A program made the translations under genes and the position numbers. A DNA stretch of 64,000 bases from contig JAYWIR010000001.1 in assembly GCA_036172245.1 (NCBI GenBank), positions 3,844,001 through 3,908,000 of the forward strand, read 5' to 3'. Shown one piece after another: positions 1 through 13,352 of this stretch (positions are counted from its first letter, which is position 1; the number at the start of each line of letters is the position of its first letter). Below the pieces are notes generated by a model. That model ran no database searches and was not told the origin of the DNA. It was given only the letters and a program-made list of their open reading frames with translations. The stretch comes from Raillietiella orientalis. Taxonomy: Eukaryota.

Positions 1-1197
1 AGTTTTTATCATAAGATGGGATATCAAAAATGGAAAAATGAGAAACATCCAAGATGGCAGTAGAAAGATTCCTTAAGAAGGACATTTTCCATGAGCAAGT
101 GCTAAATGAATTTAACATAAATGCTCCATCAAAGATTCTCCAACAGTTGCTGAAAAAACAAGTATCAGATCTAAACCACAAAATGAGAAAAAGATCGAAA
201 ACCAAACGATGTACACAACTTTTAACTTGAGTCACAATCAATGTGAGTGTTGTAATTAAGCACTGTATACAAGTTGGAAACAACTACTGATCTATGGTCA
301 TCAGGAAAAATGAGTGAATCAGACACTCCCGACACTTGTGATCTAGAATGAATGTTTGCAACCTGAATGAAAACCGAATAGCAAAAACACCAAACTTGAG
401 CAAGCTGTTACTTAAACAACAGGCAGAATCTAAAATGAAAATAATTTTGAAACCGGAAGTGGTGTAAGTGTTAGCAAAAAAGAAATGCATTCGTGATTCT
501 AAATTTCAAATGGGGAAGGGTAGATCATTCCACGGACAATTTGCAGCTGATCTCAACCAGGAACAGCAACTCATGCTGCACTGTTCGAATGACTCTTTAA
601 AGCAGGAAAATTAAAAGAAGAAAATTAAAAATTAAACCTTCAACCGAATACAATTACGAAATGAAGTGATGAAAACTGCACTGATGTATATCTTTGCGTT
701 TAACACGTTGTGAACGTTCTAATAGATGGGTATTGCTTATATGAACGAGGCTTTCAGATTTTCTCTTTCACCAACAAATATAGCAGAATCCATGGTTTTG
801 GCTCTGAGGGTTTTTGTAGGAAGTGTTGCCATTGTGAACTGATCATGGATCCTTGTGTGAATTTTCTTAATTCTCGCTGATCACATTTTGTATGCTTCAT
901 TGGATGAAAACTACAAACCAGGATTGGGAGTCGTTTCTCTTTTGAAAAGAGAAACAACTCTGAATGCATTTGGAGGAATCAAACGGACTGGCTGTGGTCC
1001 CATCTTCAAACTGATGAATGCAATTGCCCCGAAATGTCAGGCACTTTCTACTTAATGACACGGAGCTTTGAAATTAAAGACTGTTTTGTATTTGCTTATG
1101 AGCTGAGACAGCTCTTTCACAAAAACTAGTAAACCTTAGCGACGGGGTTTGGTAGTTTTAGACATGCTGTGGTTGGACTTATGTTTTACAGTGCAAT

Positions 1198-2550
1198 ATG
1201 CTGACTTTACGAATATTCAGGAAACTACTTGGGTCAGCATCTAACCATAAAAATGCAGCGGGTATTGAAACAATGTATATTTTTGATAGGAAAACAAAAA
1301 ATATGCAAAAAAACAGGGCTGCTACAGCTACCGGAAAAGATGACTGCGCCTACTTGAAAAAAGAGGTAATGAAAATTTAAGCATTCTTTAATTATTAATC
1401 GTCCATCAATTAAAAAAGGAACATTCTTATACCCAGAACTTCTAATAGGCATACAATTTTGTAATGGTTTTAATTTTTTTTATCAGATTGGGTCTCGTCT
1501 AGCGGACAGAATTGCATTTATAAATCGGGAATTTAAAATTGTTGTGGAATTGGGCTGCGGGCTCGGCTATGTTGCACAGCATTTAAGCAATGTGAGTGTC
1601 ATCTTGAAATGTAACTAATGCATTTTTATAGTACTCGATAGAAAAGTTACTTCTAATAGATGGATCACAAGCATGCCTTGAACATACATATACTCCTGAC
1701 ATCCCCACTGAAAAGGTACACATGGATGAAGAAGAATTTGAGCTAGAAGACAACTCTGTAGATCTCTTAATAAGTTGTTTGAGGTACGTATGCTTTTGTA
1801 AATGTATGTTTGAGTTGTATTATCAAGCAGTAAGATGTGTTTGTCTTTCAAGTTTGCATTGGGTCAACAATTTACCTCAGGTGTTCTCAAATATCCTAAA
1901 GTGCTTAAAAGAAGATGGTGTATTTCTTGCTGCTATGTTTGGTGGCCATACACTACAGGAACTGCGATCTTCATTATTATTAGCCGATATTGAAAGAAAA
2001 GGGGTAATTAATAATTGTTATCATTTCATCAAGCTTTTGCTTAGGGATTTGCACCTCATGTGTCACCATTTATAGAAGCTCAAGACTTGTCTGCATTGCT
2101 GCGGGCAGCTGGTTTTACACTGTTGACAATTGTGAGTTATTTTAACAGCACTGCTGTTCACAATATTTAAGAATTGAACATGTTTGCTGTACATAGGACT
2201 GGGATGAGTTATCTGTTGGATACCCTTCCATGTTTGAACTTTTATTTGATTTGCAAACTATGGGGGAAAGTAATGCTGCTTGGAATAGGCCATGTCATAT
2301 TAGTAGGGATGTACTGTTAGCTGCTGCAGCAGTTTACCATCGTCAGTATGAAATTAAAAACTACCCTGAACTTGAAATTCTAGAACTTTATGCAAATCAA
2401 AATGGAAACATCGCTGCAGCATTTCATGTGTATTACATGATTGGATGGAAACATCATCCTTCCCAACCAGCTCCTGCTAGACGAGGATCTGCTACTGTTT
2501 CCTTCAAAGATTTGGGTCAAGTAACAAAAATACCAAGAAAAAAAACATGA
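1198..2550 (+). CDS. NDUFAF5: Mitochondrial complex I assembly factor NDUFAF5 (arginine hydroxylase, SAM-methyltransferase fold), multi-exon
   Basis: Spliced translation over GT-AG introns (e.g. 1366-1486, 1592-1631) gives IFDRKTK, VELGCGLGYV, SVDLLISCLSLHWVNNLP, FGGHTLQELR, MFELLFDLQTMGESNAAW and YMIGWKHHPSQPAPARRGSATVSFKDL. All are typical of this family. Confidence 0.93.
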
Positions 2551-2556
2551 ATGCCA

Positions 2557-4062
2557 TCAACAAACTGTTACTCCACCAACAGCTACTGTTGTTCCAGGAA
2601 GTTGATTAGCAGGCAGTCTAGAAATGATGCACTAAAGGAACATTGAATAACTACAAACTTGTTGCTAGCTATCTACCTGAGCATGTTGCTGATTAGTGCT
2701 CTGAAAAGCAATGCACATGGATGCTGTGGAATGGCCCCAACTGAAGCTAAATGTGGGATCATTCCTATACTTCTGTAACACAATGGTGCCAGCAAGCTTG
2801 GCTGAAACATCCTGTAGATACAAAGAATCTATACCAGTTTAATAATGCAGAGTACAGTGTTATAATACCAAAGAATTTTGTGCGGAAATAGCAATCCAAT
2901 GTTAAAGGAGGTTCTCTTTCAGGGTTGACCTGCAGAAAAGATGCTAGATCACGAGCAAAACAAGTCCTTATAAGTTGTTCACCACAGCCAGAAGTACTAA
3001 TTGCTACTGACCAAGATGGATGCTCTTCAGCCCAACATCCACAACCATAAATTGCAGCCTGGAAACATTTCTCACCATACACATAAGCAGCTTTTTACTT
3101 ACTTGGCCTATCCTGCCTGAATGTTTCAATGCAATACCTCCACTTGACACAGCACTAGCTACATTACCATGCAGATCCATACATACTGCTCCAACTGTGT
3201 CTAGCAACTGATTTTCACAAACATTCTTATTTACGCACATTTCATTTTGTTCAGCAGCCAGCTGTAAGCGATGCTGATATGTGATGAATTTTTTGTGAGC
3301 ATTTTCTACAAAAATTTTGCTATTTTCTTTGTGATGCTCAGCATACCTGATACTAGGTTGACCAACTCCTCTGTAACCTTATTTTCTAGTGCCCAATGTT
3401 GAGCACCACTGCCTACAAGAAAACTATGTACCATTTAGTTGAATGTTTCACTATAAGCATTTATCTTTACCATGGTGGTATTCTCCCCAACAACAGTTTG
3501 CCCTTTTTTTGTTCTTCCAACAACTTTAAAGCAACAAGAATAGGATTCTGGATATCTGATATTGCACCAACTGCTCCAAAATGACATCCTCTACCTTCCA
3601 TAATGCTTGCATCACACTCAACTGTTCCATGCTCCGTTAGATTAGAACCAAAACCTATGGGCTAAGATTAAGTGAACTTATCTTTTACCTATCACCTGCA
3701 TTTGTCAATTCAGAGTTTTCTAAAAGTGTTACTACTGTACTCGAAGCTTCCAAAGCTGATCCTTGCTGCATCAAAATTTCAGTGCCCTAAGATATAACCA
3801 ATTCACCAAGTGAATTAAAGATGAAGTAAATCACAATCATTTCTTCTCACTAAATATAGCTTAGTGTACTACAAGAAACTAAAGAGAATTAAAATACAAA
3901 AACCATTACTTTCTTGCAAGCCATTTTGCAAAGCTTTATGTATTGTTTTGTTTTCATTTTTGAATGATTTCCAGCACCTATATTTTTAATCAGATTAACA
4001 AGTTGGACGTTTAATATATACGTACCAAGATGTAAGGCAACAAAACCCTTCTTTTCTTCCAT
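2557..4062 (-). CDS. TASP1: Threonine aspartase 1 (Taspase1, Ntn-hydrolase/asparaginase-2 family), multi-exon
   Basis: ATG at 4062 (MEEKKGFVALHLGAGNH), then TNAGFGSNLTEHGTVECDASIM, the autocleavage site [33 protein letters not shown] and STSGCGEQLIRT. Stop TGA at 2557-2559. Confidence 0.93.
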
Positions 4063-6551
4063 TTAGGAGTCAAACATGGACTCGATGCCAAAAATTGTCT
4101 TCGTCGGTGATGCTAAATGATATAGGCTGGCATAGTTTTCTAAAATTTGATAATGCAGCAATAATTTATAAGAATTACGTAAGAATTTTAATATTGTTCC
4201 CCGAGACTCAGTTTGGTAAACTCGAAAACTAATTTCTCAGTTAGTTGATGGATGATTATTTTTCATTAATGAACTATTCGTAGACCATAAGCAATTACAC
4301 AAATGCCTTAAGAATGGGAAATCGGGAAACCGATTATTACCTGTGGGAATCGATTCATGCACGAATAAATTAAATTTTTTGATTACTTGTTTTATCGTAC
4401 AAGAACGCTAAATTCCTTCAGCATCAGTTGTTTCTACACGCACTTCTTGTCAAACAAACAAAAAAAAAACTTTTGTGACATCCACCATCCCGTTCCTTCT
4501 ACACTTTTTGATCTGTTTATCTGTACAATTTATTTCATAGCATGAACATAAAGATCTGTTAATCCATCTATGTATACGACTGATAAACCTATATAGATGG
4601 ATAAAGATTCACAAAGGCTATTGAAAATCTCGTTAAGCATCGTGTAATTGTTTAAAAAGAAGAAATCCCCACTCTCATAAGTGGACTTGGATATAGTCTC
4701 AAAGTATTCCAAAAGTTCACAAAAAAATGATTTAATTTGCACATCTAGATAATTGTTGAGTGGAAATTTGGTAAGTATTATGTGTTTAATGAAGTAAATG
4801 TACGTAATTATCAAACACAATAGGCTTCTTTCATTGCTTTCTGGTAGATATCCTTAGGTTTATCTTAAATATCAAAATGAATAACACTTTCGCAGGTTTT
4901 GCTGGAGTTTTGTAGTACCCACAAAACATCAAAATAGCACTTGAAAGAGTGGCTGCATCTGCTGTCTTTCGAGCTCTCTGAAAACATCGTTACTTTGTTT
5001 TTTCATTCCCCCGCCTCGTCCTCCTCTCTCTCTGTTGATTTCCCTCAAAAAAAAAAAAAAAAATGAATTATGGAAGTCAAATATGAATTTATTTCCCTTA
5101 TAGGATTGCAACCTATGAGTAGGATAGAAGCAATTTTGCAAAATGGAGACACTGTATGTAAAGGATTGGGGCATCCTTCAAAAAAGACTGGCCTTTGCAC
5201 GGAAGCAAAGTATATGCACCGAACTGATATGACAAGACTGACATGACTGATATGACAGTTATCCATATCCATAAATGAATATGGATAACTGTCTGAAGAA
5301 CAGAATTGACAGCTGTAAAGACTGGAAGTCACTGAGGAGAAATCTCATCAGTATTTACACTCGCCTAGTACAGAATATAATCTCCATCTAAATGAGATCT
5401 ACTTATGTAATGTATGAGTTTGTTTACAAAATCCAGTTCTTGCTAACTTTTCTTTTCTTTTGTTTGAAAAAACATTACTTAGTGTCTTGATTATTTTGCA
5501 AGCTATTTCTGAAACGTAGAAATTCAATGTAAATAAAATGGGGAGCTTTTTTATTTAAAAATTACAAGTTGAAAATTCCTGTATTCAGATGAAGACAGAT
5601 TCTAAAGATAGAGAATTTTTGTTACCATCACCATCCTCTTGTGTTCAAAACACACTGGCACCTTGTGAAACCTAAGATTTGGTGTTCTCTCATTCTTCAT
5701 TCTATGAAATCAAGATCACACTGCAACTATACATGGAGAAAAACGCCGTTGAACTAAAATTGACATGATTTTATAAGGGAAACTATCAGAGCAACATTTT
5801 TCCATTTCAAAAATTTGCCTTTTCAAAAAGAAAAGCTTGGTTATTCGACAACGAACATTGCTGCGTTGTAGATCTCCATAGAATGAAGATGTGAACACAA
5901 TATTCATTTCAGAAATTTAAATTTGGTTTTCATCACAATGCCTAAATATTTGAGAGAAAACACTCGTGTGACCTCATTAGTTTCAAAAGCAAAACTGTGA
6001 TCAATTCATTTAAGATGTTCACATAAAGTGATGAAAAGGAGCACGTATGATGATCACAAAAACCAGATGATGTATGAAGTCTGTGAAAATACAATGAATA
6101 TTTCAAGACTATTTAATTGCTAATAATTTCATTTTGATCTCAAATTGTGAATCTAGTGGAAAATTAAAAGCAATTATCGTAAATCCTATGTCAAAGGAGA
6201 ACGAAAATGTGCGTGCAAGCTTTCTAGGTATAAAGGTGAAGATTGGTAGTTGCACCACTGCTCCCAAACCATGATATGCAATGTGCATAGAATGCTCGAC
6301 TAATCACTTCTGGAGATCTATTTGGTGTCTTCGTAATTGCTTTACGGAATCTTACCAGGAAATTTAGTAGCCTCATATGTTTGCGTTGCTGAACCTGATT
6401 TTGAAAAACTTTAGGACATGAATCCAACTAATATCCCAAGCTTATATACAGCTACTAGAATTCTCGAGTCAGCCTTGCACCCCAGTGTGCATCTCTAAGA
6501 TCGGGAAGATTCTGAAGAAATGTGAGCAGAGAACGAACTGCTTTTGACAAC

Positions 6552-9247
6552 ATGGAGAAATTATTTCTGTGTGGCACAAAATTTGCACACGAACTCATGT
6601 TAAAAACTAGCCGAACGTTTTGTAAAATGAAAAAAAACGCGGCAATGAAAGTAGCGGAGAGTGTAAAAGAAAGAGATTGTGAGAAAATCCGAAACATGGG
6701 TTTTTTAGCTCACGTGGATGCAGGTAACACCAAAATTCTCGTTTGGGGAAGGGACTATCTCTAAGAAAACTCCAAATTTGGTTGAAATGAGGCGATTGAG
6801 TAATATTTCCAAGGTAAAACTACTACTACCGAGAGAATGTTGTATTGTGCTGGGGAAACTAAATACATTGGTGATGTGGATGCCGGAAATACCGTAACTG
6901 ACTACATGGATCAGGAAAGAGCTCGAGGTTTTGCAGACTGTGTCTTGCCCAGTTGCAAATTTTCATGAAAGCGAATTTCGAATAGGAATCACAATTACAT
7001 CAGCAGCAGTTACAATGCTTTGGAATAATCACCGGCTGAATTTAATTGACACTCCAGGACACATTGATTTTACTGTGGAAGTGGAACGATGCTTGCAAAT
7101 ATTAGATGGAGCTATCATTATATTGGATGCAGTTGCAGGTATGTCATTCTGGTGTTTTCAGAAGTCCAGATGTCATGTTATAGGAGTCCAAGCTCAAACA
7201 TTTACTGTGTGGAAACAAGCACAGAACTATAGAGTTCCTCGTCTGATATTCATGAATAAGTTGGACAGGCAGTATGCTAATGTTGACAACTGCATTAGTG
7301 CTGTTAAAGAAAAACTTCGAGCTGTACCACTGCTCCTTCAATGTCCTATTGGTACTAATCAAAGCTTCTCTGGTGTTGTGGATCTAATAAAGATGAACAA
7401 GCTATTATGGCATCCAGCCACAACCTCAAAAGGAATTCTGTGAGGAAAACTGCCTAATAAGTGGTCAATAAGTGGTTAATTTCTTGCAGCTTCCATAAGG
7501 AACCTTTAAAACCTGAAACAGAGCCATGTATGTTTGAGCAGGCATGGTATCAGAGATCAGCATTAGTTGAGTTAGTGAGTGATCTTGATGACAAATTAGC
7601 TGAAATTGTTCTGACTAAAGAAAGCTATGAAAATGTACAAGGATTTGAATTAGAAACAGCTATACGTAGACTAGTTCTATCTCAGGTATATATAATTACT
7701 GTGGTCTTTATTAAGGACTTGTCATCATGCAGACAGCTGTTCCTGTCCTTCTTGGAAGTAGTTTTCATAAAATTGGTGTTCAACCATTAATGGATGCCAT
7801 TGTAAAATATCTGCCTGCCCCTACTGATATGCCATCTTTCAAAATAACTAAAGAGCTACATTGCTTGGTCTTCAAAATAATTTTCCATCCTTCTAAAGGA
7901 GCATTGACGTTTGTTCGAATTTATTCAGGCCATCTGATGCCTGTGAGTCATTTAGAAACTTATCATTACTGTCACCATAATGTTAGGGACAGAAAATCCT
8001 TTGTGGTAGAGAACAAAAAGTGGCAGAACAAGTTGGTCAGATATTTGTACCATTTGCTGATCAGTTTGAACAAGTGGAAAGTGCTGGTCCTGGCTGCATT
8101 GTTGCACTTACAGGACTTAAAGTGAGTGAATGCCTAAGCATGTTTCAATGATATGTCATTATAGTACAGCCACACAGGAGATATTCTCACTACAAAAACC
8201 TCTGAAGAGGTGGATGAATTATCAGCCATGCCATTTATGAACCTTCCATCACCTGTATTCTTTTGCAACATTGAAGCCCCATCTCCTAAACTCCAGAGCA
8301 AATTAGATGAGGCACTGACGTGTCTCCAAAGAGAAGACCCTAGCCTACATGTGCAAATAGATGCTGATACTGGGCAAACTATTTTATCAGGTAGATATCA
8401 CCTTCAAATGTTAAGGTAATCAGTTGTAGTTAGGAATGGGTGAATTACATCTGGATGTTGTTTTGGAGCGTATAGCCAAAGAATATTGCATTGAGGTGTA
8501 CACCAGTCGGCCCCAAGTGGCTTATAAAGAGACAGTGAAGACTTATGGAGCAAAAATGCTATGTTTCCAGAAAGAATCAAGTATGATGATCAGATCTTCT
8601 TAACTCTTGTGTTAGATTCAAGAAATAGTACAGTGGAAATCAGATTGGCAGTGCAGCCTTGCCAGCACATGCAGCCTGCTCTTCAGTTAGCACATGGACC
8701 TGACAAACGGGAATTATTAGAATCTTTAAAGCCAGTCCAGTTAGCTGCTATTTGGAAAGGAATTAAAAATGCACTGGCATATGGTCCACTAAATGGGTAT
8801 CCAGTAATACATGTGCAACCTATTTTGCATTCTTTCCATGCCAGACTTGGAACAGCAGAAAATACCATCAAAGCAGCAGCACAAGCTTGCATGCAGCAGG
8901 TACACAATTAGAATACTGTACTGCATATTTCATAGAATAGGTAGTTGCTCAATGAATGTGTTTGTGTTACATTGGAGCCAGTAATGAAGGTAGAAATCCT
9001 ACTGAACCCTGGACTTGTTGGTTTGGTCTTACAAGATCTGGCAACTCGAAAAGCAGCCATAGAGAAAATTCATGAATGTGCTGATATGCAGGTCATCAAT
9101 TGTCTTGTTCCTCTAGCTGCTCTTATGGGATATTCAACTGTTTTACGCACCTTAACAAGTGGATCTGGAACATTTACCATGGAGCTACATTCATATAGAG
9201 AAATCTCAAACCATGAGCAAGCAAAACTATCGCAAGGGCTCACTTGA
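6552..9247 (+). CDS. GFM2: Mitochondrial ribosome-releasing factor 2 (EF-G2mt), multi-exon
   Basis: [88 protein letters not shown] and [19 protein letters not shown]. The last motif is GFM2-type rather than GFM1. The start could be ATG 6552 or a downstream ATG. Confidence 0.92.
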
Positions 9248-9304
9248 ATAAAGAAAAATCACAAAATCACGTCCCAGATAATTCAATTCATGTGAACTGG
9301 TGTT

Positions 9305-9660
9305 TTAATTGATTTTTGAAGTAGCAGTAGGTTGTAATTGCTGCTCAATAAACTTTGGAAAATAGAAGTCCATTAGACTGCAGGAACAGTGAAGAGCAGG
9401 AATAAGTTGTAACCCAATTCATAGAAACCCATGGTTCTTTATTGAAATTCAGTGTTTCTCTGGATGTAAAGATAGCAAGGAATTGATGGTTGCTATTTTT
9501 AGCTGTAGATAACGTATCATGCTAAAAAGTAAGCTTCATTTAAATAAGGGATAGTAAGCTGTGGCTGTTGTTCAGTTTCCAGTTCCTGGAAACCAGACTC
9601 AAGTCCAAGGTCAAATCCATTTTCTGCAATACTATGGAAAACCATACCAATTTGCAGAAT
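9305..9660 (-). pseudogene. Possible decayed YccV-like (hemimethylated-DNA-binding/FBXO21 C-terminal type) domain gene
   Basis: Fragments LQIGMVFH, QQP..YYPLI (needs a frameshift) and NHG-LMDFYFPKFIEQQLQP lie in the order expected for the YccV-like motifs (xGxV..H, QPxY, HPxxxxYFxxF...P). The reading frame cannot be kept open cleanly. Confidence 0.3.
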
Positions 9661-11499
9661 TCACAACTACTGTAATCTTAGAAATTATATCACTAGGTCA
9701 TGTTTGTAGGATCTTTACCATGATTAGATGTTAGCATTCTGAGGCATAGCTGGTTTCTTACAAAGTGCACATCAAGTGCTTGGCCTATAGTGGGTCACAG
9801 TGGGACTTGGATGCGTGCATATGCAATGAGCATATAGCTACGAGACTTACATTCTTGAATAATAATATAATACCTTAGTATACACATATGCACAATCACA
9901 AGCACATATGTGCATGATTGGTATAAGAGCTATAGCATGCCGTGGCCGAAATCAAAATCAATGAGAATCCCAGTGATGAAAAATTGGTTGCACATTGAGA
10001 TGGAACAAGCAAATTGAAGACGCGGAGGTGCACGACTGTTTGCCATTTTGTGTTTTCACACCATTGATGGTTTGAAATACCCCCGTTGGGTACGAAGAAT
10101 ACGAAAACATGTGGCATTCCACAAATACATTGATGAATTGTGAATGACTTTGAGATGGAATAAAAATTCGCGCTTTGGAGAGTCCCACGAACGCTGAGAG
10201 AGATTCGCAAAAGCGGCAGATCCTTAAGTATTTTTGCCCATTTAGAACGAAGTTCAAATCCTACAACTGAACAACGGTTTCTGTTGAGCGCTCAAACTCC
10301 TCGATGGCAACTCTCATCAATCATCCAACATTGCATGTACATTCACAAAGGAAAACGGTGGTCCGAATCAACACATCTTGGTTGCATTTAGCACAAAACA
10401 TTCGACGCAAAACCAGTGATGCTGCTGATGCCATATTTTATTTCATTCCTTGATTTAACAAGAAATTTCTGTAAAAGGCTGAACTTTACATTTCGCACAG
10501 AATTGGAACACGTATGATCTGTTGCTTGGATGCCCAGTTTCAGTTCTCTACAATTTCCATCGCATTTTTCGTGTTTGTACTCACACATTTGCATTTCTGC
10601 AAAATTTTAGTTTTATGATACTTTCTACTTTTGCTAGGAATCATAACATCAACATTAAGTCATATTTTCAAAGTCGCCTGTGTGGAATAATAAAGGAATT
10701 AACGAGTGCATTTCAAGGGAAAAGCAAGTTGATTTCCAAATTTGCAACAGAAACCTCACGCAGGTACGGAAGGATTGCAGCATGGAAAACACCACAAAGC
10801 AATTTTAAAAGTGATAGAAACAACTCTTGGCAAGTCTGTTCCTTCATCATTGGTAACGGTGTCCACTGACCACTGTGGGGACGAGGCTCATTCATACCAA
10901 AGTGGCAAATGAAAGCCCCGTGCAGGTATCGTGCTCTGAAAGTAAAAACAAAATAAAAACCTTAAAATAAAGAGGTCTTGAAATCAACATAAAACAAGAA
11001 AATTCTGGAAAAATTCGTGGTGGTTTGACGCTCTCATTCAAGAATTTATTAGAATGAGTTTGAAAAATGATTCAAATGTAAACACGAAAAATAAATTCCG
11101 TCTTTCATGTCAAAGGTCAATTAGTCCGGTGCATATATACAGTGTGGACTCCAACTGAAGCGAAACATTGGCCACACTGTGCTTTTAGGAAAGCATCTCC
11201 AAGCTTTTCGACGAATGCACTCAGTCGATTCTAATGTCCAAACATTTAGAAGCCTCGTGAGATTCAATTTATGCACATCATTGCGAAGAAAGAATATAGA
11301 CTACCTGTAAGGATGATCCATAATTTTACTTCTCATTCGCAAATCTGTCAAGCTTTATTCAGCAGTACAAATTTTTGCTTTTCCGTTTGACTTCGTAACC
11401 CAAGGTCGGACTTCCAAAGCTTTGTGAGGTAACTGTGCCCCTAGGAGTATGGAATGGTTTTTGCAGCACAGACTATAAAATGTGGATAGACGAGCATGC

Positions 11500-12890
11500 T
11501 TGCATTTCACACTCACATTCCAAGGAGTGCCCGAAAGGAGGCTGCAGAGAAAAACACTGTGGGGCCACTATCGCCCAAGAGTTCGACTAAAACCCCTGTG
11601 TCGCCCCAGGGAAGAAGGCGGTTCCGGGATGAAGTCGCTTGCACACTCCATAGAAATCATGGATACGCGACACATCCTGGACATTGCCACTCACTGGGAT
11701 GACTGGCCGTATGCGGCGCACAGGGCCTACGCGTTGTTGTTGAACAACTCGAAAGGCCTGATGACTGCGCTGCTAGGCCGAGCAGGGGAATGGATAAAAA
11801 TCGACCCAACTTGGAGGAGGAAGCAACGGCTGGTGCGAAAGCACAAAATCAAGATCGTGCCGAGAAGTAGGGAACTCTGGCAGGACGAGTCCATCCTGGT
11901 GATCCCTTGGATGCTTCCTGTCCCGCCGGACACGAGAAGCTGGATCCAACAGCGGTCCAGAGTTACCCTACAACGAATCCAGGAGTGGAGGCGAGGAGGG
12001 TACCTACATCACACTCGTATACTTAGGTATATAGAGATGATGTTAGGAAGGTTTACCCACATGACCCGCGAGGTGTGGCTTAACCACAACGACTTCGCGT
12101 GGTCCAGGGTAATCAAAACAAACCTCCGAAGATTAATTCGGGAAGAAGACTGTGACATCAGTGCCCTCCAGGAAGCCGCCGATCGCTACGGAAGTGACCG
12201 GATCAACCAGCTAGCGATCGGCACGATGCTCTAAAGGAGTGACCTTCCGCCGGGCACCCAGGATGACCTCCTGATGTTTTATCATGGAGGAATCCAGAGT
12301 GGGTCCCGATTGCAGTACTATACCGGAAGACGGGAAGATCGAGACTGCAAGGCATGTGGAGACAACGACACGAGACTTCACGTCTTGACGTGTCCCACAT
12401 TGCTGCATGACTGGCTGATCCTGAAAAGGATCATCGGACTCACGAACAGATCCGTAATGGAGATCCTCGCCGGGATGTTTCAGGGGGATGGTAATGTTCC
12501 CTGTTACAATCCCATGGTGAGGACGACCATTGCCCTCTTCATCACCGCCATACTTGTGCGGTGGTGGAAAATGAGGAAAGCCAGGAGACCCGCACCACCG
12601 ATGGAGATCCTACAAGGGCTCCTGAAGAGGGTAATCGGCATTAGGAACTGTGGGAAAATCCAAGCCTGGACGTACCGATTCATCCTGAAGAGGATAGAAG
12701 ACGACGCCCGGGACCAAACAGCAGGAAACCCACCCTGAAAGCAGAACTTGTGATACCCCCAAGGACTTCAAAGTGATAAAGTGTTGGTATGTTGTATGAA
12801 TGTGATTGTAGAATGAATGAGATTCAAAAGAAAAGAAACTTACCCCACCCCTTGTGGGACTTGGAGAGCAAGGAGTCCCGACACAATTTA
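11500..12890 (+). mobile_element. 5'-truncated non-LTR retrotransposon (L1/Tx1-type), ORF2 C-terminal region plus 3' UTR
   Basis: Intronless GC-rich ORF with LWG..RPRV...LCRPREEGGSG (GGLG-type motif) and a C-terminal zinc knuckle CKACGDNDTRLHVLTCP. ORFs 11482-12234 and 12274-12738 are in the same frame, separated by one TAA (12232-12234). A terminal hairpin gggact...agtccc lies near 12856-12879. Boundaries are approximate. Confidence 0.85.
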
Positions 12891-13352
12891 ATACTAAGTG
12901 TTGGATGTATCAAGAAAAGTTTATGTACGGGTGCCTGAAACATCAGTTGTTCTGCTTAGGAGTCATAGGTTGCTGATTATTAGCAGCTTTCCACTACTGA
13001 CTGCTGTTCTGCTGCTAAATCATGAAATCACATTCATTGTAAGTATTTAATTTCAAGGATAAGAGATGAATCAGTGGGAGCTTAGCAAGTCTCATTATCA
13101 TCAATATGTGAAATGAAATTGCTTATTTTACCAATCGAAGCAAAAAAGAAAAGTAAACAAAACCATTTCCCACTGTGTGCTTAAAAGCTCTCTGTATGCT
13201 TTCTACAGTGAATGCAAACTTTAGTATTAACAAAAGTTGGAGTACCGTATCGCTGTATGGTTTGCACAGTGCATTTATCGTAGACATATTTGAAGAATAT
13301 TTTCCTATTTACTCTGTAACTTCATACATTTGTAATTTATTCCGCATGCAGC

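Noticed and set aside
1-620. 3' end of a plus-strand gene (intron-like 243-304)
   Set aside because: I could not build a consistent open frame or recognise a product.
11440-12970. TSD for the first LINE copy (taggagt at about 11442 and 12957)
   Set aside because: The match is short and gapped and is not adjacent to the inferred element ends.
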